Assembly: GCF_009914755.1 (NCBI RefSeq)
Contig: NC_060926.1
Length of the DNA: 64,000 bases
Strand: one strand, 5' to 3'
From: the human T2T-CHM13v2.0 reference genome, Homo sapiens
Positions within the stretch are counted from its first letter, which is position 1, and each line of letters opens with the position of its first letter. A program made the position numbers and the translations under genes. The notes under the pieces were generated by a model, which saw nothing but the letters and a program-made list of their open reading frames with translations, was not told where the DNA came from and searched no databases. Shown piece by piece: positions 1 through 14,750 of this stretch.

Positions 1-315
1 AAGGCAATAGGGTAGGACAAAGAAGAAAAGCACAGAAACACAGGCAGTGTGTTAGCTAAACCACAGGCTACGCAGTATTAAAAATGGCCAGGGAGGGAAG
101 ACTGTTACACAAGAAACGGATGGCCAGCGTCCAGTGTTTTGTTTTTCTTGTTTGTTTTTTTGCTTTTAAAGAAAACTGTGTGGTAAAGAAAGAAATGGTG
201 AGAACTGAAAAATTCAAACTAACAAAGAGTAGAAAAGATAAAGAGTCCCTAAAAGTCCTGGGATTTCCCAATTTCAAAGATGAACAAGGTAGTAGTTTAT
301 CCTTCAGTGTATCTT

Positions 316-614
316 TTGTTTTTGTTTTTGTTTTTTGAGATGGAGTCTCACTGTGTCACCCAGGTTGGGGTGCAGTGCTGTGATCTTGGCTCACTGCAAC
401 CTCCACCTCCCGGGTTCAAGCAATTCTCTGCCTCAGCCTCCCGAGTAGCTGGGATTACAGGCACCCACCACCATGCCCAGCTAATTTTTGTATTTTTGTA
501 AAGACGGGGTTTCATCATCTTGGCCAGGCTGGTCTTGAACTCCTGACCTCATGATCCACTGGCCTTGGCCTCCCAAAGTGCTGGGATTACAGGTGTGAGC
601 CACTGCGCCCGGCC
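316..614 (-). mobile_element. Alu (S-type)
   Basis: Full dimer with T-rich tail; TSD ccttcagtgtatctt (301-315) / ccttaagtgtatctt (615-629). Confidence 0.95.
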
Positions 615-1223
615 CCTTAAGTGTATCTTAAAGTGATTGTTTCAGCCAACTATAAATCAGTCATACATTGTCTTATTTAAGGTTGAAACCTGCTGAAAAA
701 TGCATCACTGAAATGATTCATTTTCATTTTTAAAAAGCTACATTTGAAAAATGTAGTTAGAATTGATCCAAATGCCATCAAAGATGGAAGAAAAATAATC
801 AGTCAACATGATTGACGCCAATCTCTGGAAGATATTTAAAATCAGGAAAACACAAAAAGCAGAAAAACAATAGTCAGAGATAGGCTTAAGATCCTCATGT
901 TTCATGTTTCAGGTATGGAATATATCTATTATAATCCTTTTAAGGTCACCTGATATATAAATCAGGAAAAAAAATTACTTAAAGAGTGGCCTTTTCTGGA
1001 ACTGAAAACTTTCACCAGTAAGTGCCAGTAAGTAACCAAGATGTTTCATTTTCCTGTAGGTAAACATTTAATGTTTCGATTATTTTTTGCTATTACATAT
1101 TTTTTGCTATTACAATCATTTAAAATATTATGCAGCAACCAAAAGTTCTTAGCTTATCAGCAGAATTTTTTTCTGAAATCTATTTCCCTCCTTACTTTGT
1201 GGAAATTTTTAGAAACAGGAGAT

Positions 1224-1307
1224 AAAAGGTATACTTTATTTTTACTTTTTTAAAAGGTACACTTTATTTTTACTTTTTTAAAAGGTACACTTTATTTTTA
1301 CTTTTTT
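1224..1307. repeat. 28-bp x3 tandem repeat
   Basis: aaaaggtaYactttatttttactttttt starting at 1224, 1252, 1280; one mismatch. Confidence 0.95.
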
Positions 1308-1415
1308 ACCATGATGCATTCAAAACACATAAAATCAGAATAATATGATAAATGTGAAAACCAGTTTCATGAAATACTATCCTTTTGCTTCATTTCTTTT
1401 AATGAAATAAATATT

Positions 1416-1732
<317 letters not shown>

Positions 1733-1759
1733 GAATGAAAGAAATATCATAGATAAAGT

Positions 1760-2300
1760 TAAGGCCTGCCAAATCCTATTCCCTTGCCTCTCTCCCCAGA
1801 TGCAACACTATTATGAATTTGGTATTTAATCCTATGCATACTACTACTTCATCATCAATCAAGAACAATGTGTTATAGCATTATCCTGAATGTTTTAAAA
1901 TTTTATGTAAATGTTATTGTATTTTGTCATACTGTAATTTTTTTGCTCAACTTATTTTTTTCAGATTTCACATGATCACATAGCTCTAGTTCAGTCATTT
2001 AAACTGCTGTAGAGCATTCCACCCTCTGAATTCACCACAAGATGTTTTCATTTTCCTGTTGGTAGGCATTTAAGTTGTTTCTAATGTATTTTTACTATTA
2101 CAGTGATGCTATGAACACTATTGTACATGCCTCTTTGTGCACATGGGCCAGTTTTTCTTAGTGTAGGACACTCACCTTCAATTATATTACCTATTGCTAA
2201 ACTGCTCTCCATTAAAGTTTACTGATTTACTCTACCATAATAGTGAATGAGAGTTCCCTATTGCTCTACATCTTTACTTATTCAAATTATCAATTAAAAA
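1760..2300 (-). mobile_element. Old L1M(E)-type 3' UTR remnant
   Basis: Degenerate L1M 3' UTR motifs (ttcattttcctgttggtaggcatttaagttgtttc, gctatgaacactattgtacatg). Confidence 0.55.
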
Positions 2301-2589
2301 CAAAATAGTAGCAATTGTTTTCAAATGGATACCTCTCTTATTTGTAATCGTTTTCAATGAAATCTGTCATTTGTATACAGGATAAATATATAAATGTCTT
2401 ACCAGAATAAAAAGAAAAGTTTAGAAAAACATACATATTTACTAGTAAGTATAAGCATTTTCTTATGCATACTTTTGGGCATGTGAAAGTTACAAATTAT
2501 GTTTATATTAATAAAATCCTCCAATCCACAGAACTAGTTGTTATAACAGTCAACACAATATATTAAAAACTTTATTTCATTAAAAAAAC

Positions 2590-4420
2590 AGGCAAATAGA
2601 TCAATGGAACAGAACAGAAAGCCCAGAAATAGACCCACACAAATATAATCAACTGATATTTGACAAAGTAGCAAAGGCAATTCAATGCAGAAAGGATAGT
2701 CTTCTCAAGAAATAGTGGTGGAACAGCTGGACATCCACATGCAAAAATGTGAATCTAAACACAGGCCTTAAGCTTTCACAAAAAGTTGGTTCAAACTAAA
2801 GGTGTTCATCATGACCATAAACACGGCATCCCTAATTCTGGAGAGTTGTCACGAGGAGTACTACAGATTTTTAATGTCTCTAAGTCCCCACATAAAACAG
2901 ACAGTTAAACTAAAGGGCAAAACCCAAAACCTACAGACAACTAGATGAAGATTAAAAGAAAGAGAACATTACATGTAGTGGTAGTAATAGCATGATTATC
3001 TTGAAACTGTTAAGTGTGTACTGTGGGTTAAAGTAAATGAGAAATTATGGGATATTCCTATTCATCCCGTGTCCCTACAAACTAGGATTTTTGATACAGA
3101 AAGAAGGAGATATAAATGTAATACAGAAGAGGTTAAATTAAAAACTCTGTAGTCCTGAATTTGAGTTGTAAGTGTTGGCATGGACTCATTACGAATATGT
3201 ATATGTATAAAATCTCCAACTCTTTCTACTGAAGAAACCTAGAAACAATAATCAACCCAAAAACAACAGCCTAATATCCCTAACACCCTGACTCAGGCGT
3301 AAAATACCATTTTCCATTAAAAAGGAAACCACAGTGTCTTGGAGAAATGACTAATTCCAGGTGTGGGGCAGAAAATATACAAGATAAACAAGGAATATAC
3401 TATCACACCAGATAGCAGAGAAGCTACCCAAGACTGCTGAGGCCATACAAAAAGAACAGCCAACCTGAAGAGCCTCCCACTGGCCTAAGATGGGACAATC
3501 TGAGCTTCCAAAGGATTACAATTATAATTTAGGACCCCATCAAATCAAATGTATTAAAATTCATGAATTAATAATGCTATTTTAAAAACAAAAGCTAACA
3601 GGGCACCTTCAGAAAGTACTAGAGAATCAATTCATTATCTCAAAAACTGGTAAATAGAAAATAAACAGACATTTGTCCTGTTTACCCTATATAAGTACAA
3701 CCATTGGGAAACACATAGGAGTTGAGTGGAAGTGTCTCTTTATAGAAGTATCCCAAGTAATCAATGAAAAATAAATAATATAATTATAATATTACCATTT
3801 TGCAACCCTAATGAATTAATGGATCTAGGCATTGAACATTGAATAGCTGCTAACATCAAAAAAGAGAAAGAACTGAGAGAAAATATGAAATTATGTGCCT
3901 CCTGACGAAAGACACACCATCTCATATAGTCTTGCCAAAACTGACTACTAACTTGAGGAATTTTCAAATAACAGAGAAACATATTGAACCAAACATGAAT
4001 ATGCAAGCAATAAAATCCAGACTGTGGGACACTACAGTTTCAACAGACAAATTTTACAGAAAAAGAAAGGATGGATGGGGGACTTCTACATTAAAAGAGA
4101 TTTAAGATACACATTAAAATGTCTTAAGTGGCTAATATTAAACTATGGTTTCTGGGGATGCACACTCGGTGATAAAAGCTATATGGGTATACAAGAAAGT
4201 GATAAAAAGTCATGATAGTAGTTACTTTGGAGGACAGGGAAGAGGTTAAGATCATGACAGAGCACATGGAGGTACTTCTGGGTGCCTGCACAGTTCTATT
4301 TCCTCACTTGGGTGGTGGTTTCAGGAGTGTTTCCTTTGTAATAGCTCATTAAACTATGCATTTATTTTGTGTGGTTTTATGTGTGCTTTATTTTATAATA
4401 AAGAGGTTTCTTTAAAAATT
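2590..4420 (+). mobile_element. Old L1M ORF2 fragment (2590-2780) followed by L1MC/MD-like 3' UTR
   Basis: caaatagatcaatggaacagaacagaaagcccagaaatagacccacac is L1 ORF2 sequence; downstream degenerate 3' UTR motifs. Confidence 0.6.
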
Positions 4421-7240
4421 GCCATCCCTAAAGCAGAATATCTTTGTCACTGGTTGAAAGCTAACACAGTATATGCATTTTTGGGGAAGACAGGTTTCTT
4501 AAGTATTTTGCCTTTACAGTTGGATGCATTTATAATGCCTTCTGAATGCCTATTGTGACAAATTACATTAATAGTTGGTTACATTATTACTTTCCCATAA
4601 GTTACTGCTCTTGAAAAATCCCTGGAAAACTAGTTTTTTCTTCTTATGGGAAAATTGTTTTCATAATGTTATGTTTCCCTGACAACATATTTTAAGGTTT
4701 AATAGCTCTGCTTATATATTTTTGGTTAATTTGGTAAACAAATTCAAGGACCTGTTCTGAGTAAGAGATCATGAAATTACCACCATACTCAGAAAGCATT
4801 ATCAAGTCTACACATCTGAAAAGTTAAAGTACCTGCTTAGACACTAAAGGGCAGAATAAGTTGCCATCACGTGATTGATACTGGTTCACATTACTGATAA
4901 AAGTTGGTTCAAGCTGAAGGTGTTTGTTGACAAATGAATTAGGTGACAAAGCAAATGAATAAAATACTAGTTCTAGGAGGATGGTAATAACTTTCCAAAA
5001 AGAAATATTAAAAGTATGTGGAGATTAATGAGGGATAAGATGGCCAACTAGACACAGCCAGGACGTACCTCTACCACTGAGAGAGACGAAAATATTGAGT
5101 AAGCCAAGGTACTTGGAACAGATCTTCAGAGAAAAAACACTGACATTCAATAGAGAGGGATATAGACACGAAGCTGAAGATGGAAGAAACTAGGAACCCT
5201 GCATAGGACTGCTGAGCACCAGGACAGCAATCCTGGCCCTGAACAGCTCCTAAGGAAGGGGTGAGTGAAGTGATGGCAGGGGAACGCTCTCTCGCCGCTT
5301 ACCTCTGGGATTCTAGCTACAAGAGATCCCACAACCCCCATACACGTTTGAATTGGCAGGGGTATCTGCCCAGAGAGTAAGCAGAGACAAAGCTTCAGCC
5401 AGCATGGAGCCCAGGGAGGCGCGCGGTGTGTGTTGGGGGCGGGGGTGGGGGAGGGGGTGTGCGTCAGCCCTTGTAAGTGGGGCAGCTGCAGCAAAATGTG
5501 GTCATAGGTTCTCCATTTTCCTCCAGGTAGTTCTATCCCCCAACTGACCACTGAGCCAGGAGAGAAGAGGACTGTCTTTCTCATAAGACTGAGGCATGAC
5601 TGTTCTTCACACCCTCGTTGTCCACCAGCCCCTCCCAAGGCCCCGCTTGGCCACTCCTGCAAGAGTGTGTACATAGCACAGCCTCCACTGCCCAGCCTGA
5701 GTGCTTTGCTGGTGGCCTTGGAGCACTTTGACTGCCCCAATATGGCCGGTACCCAAACCAGGGGCCAGAGAGCGAAGCTGCAGGCCCAGTCCCAATCCCC
5801 CAGGGTTACAGCACACAGCTCAGGGGAGCCAAGCTGAGATCTGTGGCCAGCATGTAAGCGGGGGAAGAGCTCCCACTTTCAGAACACTCAGAAGAGTGAA
5901 ACATGGGTATTCGTGGGCTGGTGTGGGCCTGGGGCATGCCTCCCTCCACAGGGTTATCTGGGAAGGGTATAGCCTGTCTGCCAGCCACAGCCCCTATCTA
6001 AGAAAGCCTGAGGCCTAGAATACCTAACAAAGGTATTGGGCGCGATGCGAGTGATCGGAGGGGGATCCCCAAGGCCCGGGAATGGATCTGGCGAGGGGCT
6101 TATCTTTCCCCCTACACCACAGAGAGATGCTGCGAATGTGCTGAAATACAAGAGCCACGTGGCTAAGAACTTATCTGCCAGTCATTACTCTTAAGCGCCA
6201 TCTACTGGATTGCAGCCTAAATTACAACACAAAAAATACTCTTCCATTATACATAGCTTGTGAAACCGAGAGCAAGAATCTAGCCACACATGAAGATCCT
6301 GTGCAGACACTTGGCCTTCTGAAAGCATCCAGAAACAAAGCCTATTGACTATACTCAACTTGAACCACAGTTAAAAACTCAAGGGAAATAAATTATATAA
6401 AAACAAAAAGCCCCATTCAACGACAGCAAATCCAAAAAGACAATACCAGCCTGCTCAGATGAGAAAGGATCCGCACAAGAACTTTGGTGATTCAAAAGTC
6501 AGAGTGTCCCCCTACCTCCAAACAAGTACACTAGCTCCCTAGCAACAGTTCTTTACCAGATTGAAGCAACAGAAATGGCAGACATAGAATTCAGAATCTG
6601 GGTGGCAATGAAGCTCATCAAGATTCAGCAGAAAGTTGAAACCCAATAGAACCCAGTGAATCCAGTAAAATGATTCAAGAGTAGAAAGATAAAACAGCCA
6701 TTTTAAGAAACAACCAAACTAAACTTCTGAAACTGAAAAATTCACTACAAGAATTTCAAAATACAATTGGAAGCATTAACAACATAATAGACTAAACTAG
6801 GAAAAGAATCTCAGAACTCAAAGACCAGTTCAAATCAACTCAGTAAGACAAATAATTTTTAAAAGAATTTTTAAAAATGAGTAAAACCTCTACAAAATAT
6901 GGGATTATGTAAAGAAATCAAACCTATGACTCACTGGCATTTCTCAGAGGGAAGAAGAGAGAGTAAGCAACTTGGAAAACATATTTGAGAATACAGTCCA
7001 AGAAAACATTCCCAATCTCCCTAGAGAGACTGATATGCAAATTCAAGAAATACAGAGAACCCATGCAAGATACTATAAAAGACAACCATCCCCAAGGCAC
7101 ATACTCTTCAGATTGCCCAAAGTCAACATCAAAGAAAAAATCTTAATGGGGGCTAGACAGAAGGGTCAGGTCACTTACAAAGGGAACTACGTCAGGCTAG
7201 CAACAGACCTCTCAGCAGAAACTTAAAAGGCAAAAGAGGA

Positions 7241-7547
7241 GGCCGGGCATGGTGGCTCACGCCTGTAATCCCAGCACTCTTGGGAGGCCGAGGCAGGCGG
7301 ATCATGAGGTCAGGAGTTCGAGACCAGCCTGGCCAATATGGTGAAACACCATTTCTACTAAAAATTACAAAAATTAGCTGGGCGTGGTGGCGCACACCTG
7401 TAGTCCCAGCTACTCAGGAGTCTGAGGCAGGGGAATCGCTTGAACCCAGTTTAAGCGGAGGTTGCAGTGAGCCAAGATCACATCACTGCACTCCAGCCTA
7501 GGTGACAGAGTGAGACTCTGTCTCAAAAAAAAACAAAACAAAACAAA
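7241..7547 (+). mobile_element. Alu (S-type) inserted in L1 ORF1
   Basis: Full dimer and A-rich tail interrupting ORF1 sequence. Confidence 0.95.
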
Positions 7548-10500
7548 TGGCAGAAGAAATAGGTTAGGGGCCTATTTTCAGCAACTTTAAAGAAAAGAAA
7601 TTCCAACCAAGAATTTCATATCTCACCAAACTAAGCTTCATAAGTGAAGAAGAAATAAAATCCTTTTCAAACAAGTAATGCTAAGGGAATTCATTACCAG
7701 TACACCAGCCTTACAAGAGGTCCTTAAGGGAGTGCTAAACATAGAAACAAAAGAACAATACCTGCTACCACAAAAACACAAGTAAGCACATAGCCCACAA
7801 ATACTATAAAGCAACTACACATCAAAAGCAACTAAACATCATCTACAAAACAACCAGCTAGTAATACAATGACAGCATCAAAATCTCACATATCAGTATT
7901 AACTTTGAATGTAAATGGTCCTGACATCCCACTTAAAAGGCATGGAGTTGCAAGTTGAATAAAAAGACAAGGTCCAAGTGTTTATTGTCTTTAAGAGAGC
8001 CAATTCACATTTAACAACACCCACAAGCTCAAATTAAGGAGAAAGATCTATGAAAGGGGAAAGAAACTATGGAGAAAGATCTATCATGCAAACAGAAATC
8101 AAAAAAGAGCCGGGGCCACTATTCTTACATCAGATAAAACAGACTTTAACAATAGTCGAGAAGGACAAAGAAGGGTATTACATAATAATAATAAAAAAAG
8201 GTTCGATTCAACAAGATGATCTAACTATCCTAAATATATATGCATCCAACACTGGAGCACCCACATTCATAAAACAAATTCTTCTTGACCTATGTGAAAG
8301 ACTTAGCCGCACAATAATAGAGAGACTTCAACAACCCACTGATAGCATGTGACAGATCATCAAGGCAGAAAATTAAAAATGAAGTTCTGGACTAAATTGC
8401 AACACTTGACCAATTGGACCTGATAGACATATAAGAGAATACTCCACCCAACAACCACAGAACATACATTCTTCTCATCTGCACAAGGGACACACTGAAA
8501 AACTGACAACCTCCTTAGCCATAAAGCAAGTATCAATAAATTTTTTTAAAAATCAAAATCATACCAACTATACACTTGGACTACATTGCAATAAAAATAG
8601 AAATCAATACCAAAAGTTCTCCCAAAACCACAAAATTACATGGAAATTAAACAACTTACTCCTGAATGACTTTTGAGTAAACAATGAAATTAAGGCAGAA
8701 ATTTTAAAATTTTTTGAAATCAACGAAAACAGAGACACAACATACAAAATCTCTGGGTGAAAGGAATGTTAACAGGAAAATTTCCCGCAGTAAATGCCTA
8801 CATCACGAAGTTAGAAAGCTCTCAAATTAACAATCTAACATTGCACCTAGAGGAACTAGTAAAAAAATAACAAATGAACCCCAAAGGTAGCAGTAGAAAA
8901 GAAAGCCAAAATCAGAGAACAGAACAAAATTGAAACACAAAAATCCATACAAAAGATCAATGAGACCAAAAGTTGTTTTCTGAGAGAATAAACAAGATTA
9001 ATAGAGTGCTAGCTAGATTAATAAGACAAAAAGAAAGAAGATCCAAATAAGCAGAATCAGAAATGACAAAGATGACATTACAACTGATCCCAGAGGAATG
9101 CAAAAGATCCTTAGAGACTATTATGAACATCACCATGCATAAAACTTAGAAAATCTGTAGGAAATAGATACATTCCTGGAAACACACAACCCCTCAAGAT
9201 TGAACCAGAAAGAAAGTGAAAACCTGAACAGACCAATAATGTGTTCCAAAATTGAATCAGTAATAAAAATCCTACCAACCAAAAAAAGCCTTGGACCAGA
9301 TGGATTCACAGCCGAATTCTACCAGACGTAAAAAGAAGAACTGGTACCAATCCTATTGAAACTATTCCAAAAAAAAAAAAAAATTGAGGAGGAGGGACTC
9401 CTCCCTAACTCATTCTACGAAGCCAGCATCATCCTGATACCAAAATCTGGCAGAGACACAACAAAAAAAGAAAACTTCAGGCCAATATCCCTGATGAACA
9501 CAGATGCAAAAATCCTCAACAAAACACTAGAAAACCAAATCCAGCAGCACATCAAAAAGTTAATTCACCACAATCAAGTAGGTTTTATCCCTGGGATGCA
9601 AGGTTGGTTCAACATACACAAATCGATAAATGTGATTTGTCACATAAACAGAACTAAAGACAAAACCACATGATTACCTCAATAGATGCAGAAAAGGCTT
9701 TCAATACAATCCAACATCCTTTCACAACACCCAACAAACTCGGTATCGAAGGAACATACCTCAACATAATAAAAGCCATCTATTTCAAACCCACAGCCAA
9801 CATCATACTGAATGAGCAAAAGTTGGGAGCATTCTCCTTGAAAACTGGAACAAGACAAGGATGCCTACTCTCACCACTCCTGTTCAATATAGTACTGGAA
9901 GTCCTTGCCAGGGTAATCACGCAAGATTTTTCTACACCAGTAATGTCCAAATCAAGATTGCAATCCCATTCACAATAGCCACAAAAAGAATAAAATGCCT
10001 AAGAAGACAGCTAACAAGGGAGGTAAAAGATCTCTGCAATAAGAACTACGAAATACTGCTGAAAGAAATCAGAGACAACACAAATAAATGGAAAAACATT
10101 CCATGCTCAGAGATTGGAAGAATCATTCTTGTTAAAATGGCCATAATGCCCAAAGCAACCTAGAGATGGAACAGAATAGAGAACCCAGAAAAAAAGTCAC
10201 ACACCTACAACCATCTTGTTCTTCAACAAACTTGACAAAAATAAGCAATGGGGAAAACACTCCCTATTCAATAAATAGTGTTAGGATAGCTGGCTATTCA
10301 TGTGCAGAAGAATGAAACTGGAACCCCTCCTATCAGCATAAACAAAAATTAATTCACGATTAAATTAAACAAAAATTAATTCACTTAAAAAACTTAAAGG
10401 TAAGACCTCAAACTATAAATATCCTACAAGGAAACCTAGGAAACACCCTTCTCAATATCAGTCTTAGCAAAGAATTTATGGTAAAGTCCTCAAAAGCAAA

Positions 10501-11156
10501 TACAAGAAAAACACAAATTAAGAGGGGCCTAATTAAACTAAAGAGCTTCTACACAGCAAGAAACACTATAAAGAGAGTAAACAGACAACCTACAGAATGA
10601 GAGAAAATATTTGTAAACTGTGCATCCAACAAAGGTCTAATACATAGGATCTATAAGGAACATAAACAAATCAAGAAGCAAAAAACAAATAACCTCTATA
10701 AAAAGCGGGCAAAGGACATGAATTTCTCAAAAGAAGACATACAAATCGCCAACAAACATATGAAAGAATGCTCATAATCACTAATCATCAGAGAAATGCA
10801 AATCAAAACCAAAATGAGATACCATCTCACACCAGTCAGAATGGCTTTTGTTAAAAGTCAAAAAATAACAGAAATTGGTGACGCTGCAGAAAAAAAGGGA
10901 TACTTACACACTGTTGGTGGGTATGTAAATTAGTCCAGCCACTGTGGAGTGCAGTCTGGAAATTTCTCAAAGAACTAAGAGTTGAACTACCATTCGACCT
11001 AGCCATCCTATTACTGGGTATACACTGAAAAGAAAATAAATCATTCTACCAAAAGGACGTGTGCACCTGTAAATTCACTGCAGTGCTATTCACAATAGCA
11101 AAAACATGGAATCCACCCAGGTGCCCATCGAATGGTGGACTGGATAAAGAAAATGT

Positions 11157-11160
<4 letters not shown>

Positions 11161-11203
<43 letters not shown>
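11161..11203. repeat. (CA)n microsatellite within L1 3' region
   Basis: About 21 uninterrupted CA units. Confidence 0.97.
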
Positions 11204-11204
<1 letters not shown>

Positions 11205-11780
11205 ATGAAATACTATGCAGCCATAAAAAAGAACAAAAGTATGTCCTTTCTAGCAACAGGGATACAGCTGGAGGCCACTAAGTGAATTAATGCAGGAACA
11301 GAAAGGTAAATACAACAGTTCTCTCTTATAAGTGGGAGCTAAACACTGGGTATACACGGACATAAAGAGGGAAACAATATACAGTGGGGACTAATAGTAG
11401 AGCAGGGAGAGAGGGAGGAGGACAAGGACTAAAAAACTACCTACTGGGTACTATGCTCACTACCTGGGTGATGGTTTCGATCATACCCCAAACCACAGCA
11501 ACCTGCAATATACCTTTGTTAACAAGCCTGCACAAGTACCTCCCAATTCTAAAATAAGTTGAAAAATAAAAGAAAGAGTATGTGGAAATTCAAATGAAAA
11601 CAACTACCATGTTATATGTGATGATCTACATAGAGAACATTAAAATATATTAATATTTTTAAATGAATTTACTGACAAAATTTTTTTCTGTACTATTTAC
11701 TGTATATTTTTCAAAAGAATTTTTTCTTAGACTACATAATTCTCTCTGTTCTGTTCTTCTAATTAAGATATGGACTGTTG

Positions 11781-12063
<283 letters not shown>

Positions 12064-12362
12064 ATATGTGTGGACTGTTGTTTAGAGTTCTGTGGTGTGA
12101 AATTAGACCAGCAGTTTTCTAATATCCATAAAATAATTTAAAAATGTTTCTCCTCTGAAAATCACATAATTCAGTCACAGAGAGCTTATTTCTATGTTTC
12201 CTTTGTTTTGTTTTGTTTTCAGCTGCTTGGTAAGCCAATTTTCTACTTAGAATCTACTGTTAAAACTCGCATTTGGTTCAGTATGTGGGCTTTATCCTTT
12301 TCATGGTCTGTTATGTAAAAAAGATGGCTTAAAAAACATTTTTTTTTAAGTTTGCTGTATAG

Positions 12363-12524
12363 CAGTGGTTCTCAACTTGGATGCCCACGAAAATCGCCTA
12401 GGGAACCTGTAAAAGATACTGATACTCCCTCCCCTCCAGAGATTCTGATGTAACTGGTCTGGGTGGGCCTCTTTTAAAAGCTCTGTAGGTGATCTTAATG
12501 TGTTGTCAAAGCTAGGAACTACTG
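12363..12524. mobile_element. MER5A-family hAT-Charlie MITE
   Basis: cagtggttctcaac ... ggaactactg termini and internal ccagagattctgat motif. Confidence 0.8.
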
Positions 12525-14529
12525 CTCTAGGATCCTGCCATTGTCCAAATAAAAGCTTATCTTTTCTGATAGAACCTAGATGGTAAATGCTTTTTAAAAA
12601 TTCTATAGTAGATCCAATGATTAAATTTCTTCTCTACAAGGCTGTTTTCTTTTTTTAGTTTGAATTTTAGGGTTTAAGAGCATATTGTATCTTTATTCTG
12701 ATGATTAGTCCAAGAAGTCCCTTGGCTGCTACTGAAAAAAAAAAAAATTAAAGGAATATGCCTGAATACTACTTTAATAGACTGGTACTTTTGGTTCACG
12801 ATATTCTAAAAAAAATTCTATACTTCGTATTTAAAGATTATGTCTTCACACACACACACACACAAGAAAAACAATTAATGCCCTAGAAATTTCTTCTACA
12901 AGATTATACTTTTTGCATAATGACTTTCACATGAAGCTCTAAAAAAGAAATCTTTACAAATTTTTCCAGTTGCTAGAATAACTAAAAGGGCCAATTCCTA
13001 AAACAAAAGCTCTTGAGAAAAAAATGAATTATATATCTTAATAAGATCAAAAGGGAGGAAATTATACAATCAGTGGTGAATAAAGAATCATGTAGAAATT
13101 TGCATACAACTTTATGAAAAAATATTCAAATGCATAAAATGAATAATTTTCTATAAACACCAATTGTGGAAAAAAAAGGAAAAAAACAACCCTTTAAAAA
13201 TGGAATCAGTAATGAAAAAAATCTACCCTCCTTAAAAGACGTCACACCCAGGAAGTTTTACAGGTAAGTTTTATCAAACTTTCAAGTATCAATTCCTTTT
13301 GGTACTGTTACAGAGAGGAGAAAAGGAAAAAGCTAGCCAAATCGTTCCACAGAGCTAATAATATCAACTCTAGAAAGGTGAGATAAGAAAGGATAATTTT
13401 AAAAAGTAAAATTGTGTGCCAAGCTCATATTTAAGCACATTGGGAAGCCTCTTCAATCTTCCCTACTTAACATCTCTCTAAGTAGAATCGATCACCACTT
13501 TCTGTTGGGTCCCACTATAGCTTACACATACTCTACCCACAGCACCATTAACACTTTAATGCACTTACACATTTTCATATTTGTCTCTTATTGGCAGACA
13601 CTAAGATCCTTGAAGGCAGGGACAGTTTCTTATTCATATCCCCTGGTATGAAATACAGTGTTTTTCATACCAGGGGATATGTAGTTGCTAAATGACATGG
13701 CTATTTCAAGTAGAAATACCATTAATGTGCACATGCAGAGGTAGGAAATAATGAGTCAGCAAGTAAATTCATTTGACTAAGACATGGTTTATGTAAGGAA
13801 ACAACACTGGAAAGGCAGGCCAAGGGCAATCAGGGTGGGTTTTTTAGTGCTGAGGCTGAGTTTGGTTTTAGCATCTACAGAAGACTTTTAAGCAGGCAAT
13901 GTCTAAATCAGATCTGTGCTTCAGGATCCATAGAAGCACTTTTTAGACCTGTTAGAGACCTCGAGGTGACCTAACTGAATTAAATCAATCGTTTTAAAAA
14001 TAAGAAAACTAAAGTCAGATAGGGTAGGTGATCTACTCAAAGGCACAGAACACAGAATTAGCTAGAAGCAGGCAGAAGCTTAGAGTATTCATCTTATCTC
14101 GAATACTAATTCTGGGAAATACTCCTTAAAGTCTAAAAGATAACTGATTTAGAGGCAAATATAGGAACATACTATTTTACCTACATAAGAAAGTGGGGGA
14201 GAGGGAGCTTTTTTTACAGCTATAATACAACAAAACAGAGAATTCTGTAACCAAAGTACTAGTACAAACTGAAAATACACATAGGTTCACATATATGAAT
14301 GGATGATCAAACCATTATCATGAATTGATAGAGGATACTGTCCTCACCTCATAATCTATAGCTCTCCTTAAATATCCTTGCGCCAAATGCGGTCTGGCAC
14401 GACAGGGCCTTACACAATATAGGCATTTAACTAATGTTTGTTAATTGACTGAAGTCTGAAGAGAGTAATTGGTAATAAAAGCTTTCACAGGCATGATATC
14501 ATGAGTAAACAGTAATAATAGAACTAATA

Positions 14530-14750
14530 ATGATAATAACAAGAGTCATAACAGTGAACAGTGATTCAGGGCTTACTATACATTGATATTGCTCTAAATG
14601 CATGTATTAACTCATTTATCATCATGAACTGTATTTTTCAAATAATGAAACTATAGCACATACAAGTTAGTAACTTGGTCAAGGACAGGAAGCTACATAG
14701 TGGCAGAGCTAGCATTTGAACCTGGAAGCCTGGACTCTTAATTACTACAC
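14530..14750 (-). mobile_element. MIR
   Basis: MIR core (agttagtaacttggtcaagg...agtggcagagctagcatttgaacc). Confidence 0.7.

Larger units (their letters stand above)
5023..11573 (+). mobile_element. Near full-length L1 (L1PA15-17-like), inactivated
   Basis: GC-rich 5' UTR, ORF1 remnants (6972-7226), ORF2 EN/RT remnants (8050-10163), 3' UTR and A tail; TSD aaaagtatgtgga (5010-5022) / aagagtatgtgga (11574-11586); internal deletions near 9926 and 10165. Confidence 0.92.

Noticed and set aside
1224-1307. Regularly spaced repeats as a CRISPR-like array
   Set aside because: Head-to-tail units with no spacers in eukaryotic intronic DNA.
5147-5740. 197-aa antisense ORF in the L1 5' UTR (ORF0-like idea)
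   Set aside because: Non-ATG start in the track, no recognisable protein, GC-rich UTR makes long ORFs likely; ORF0 is described for young L1PA elements.
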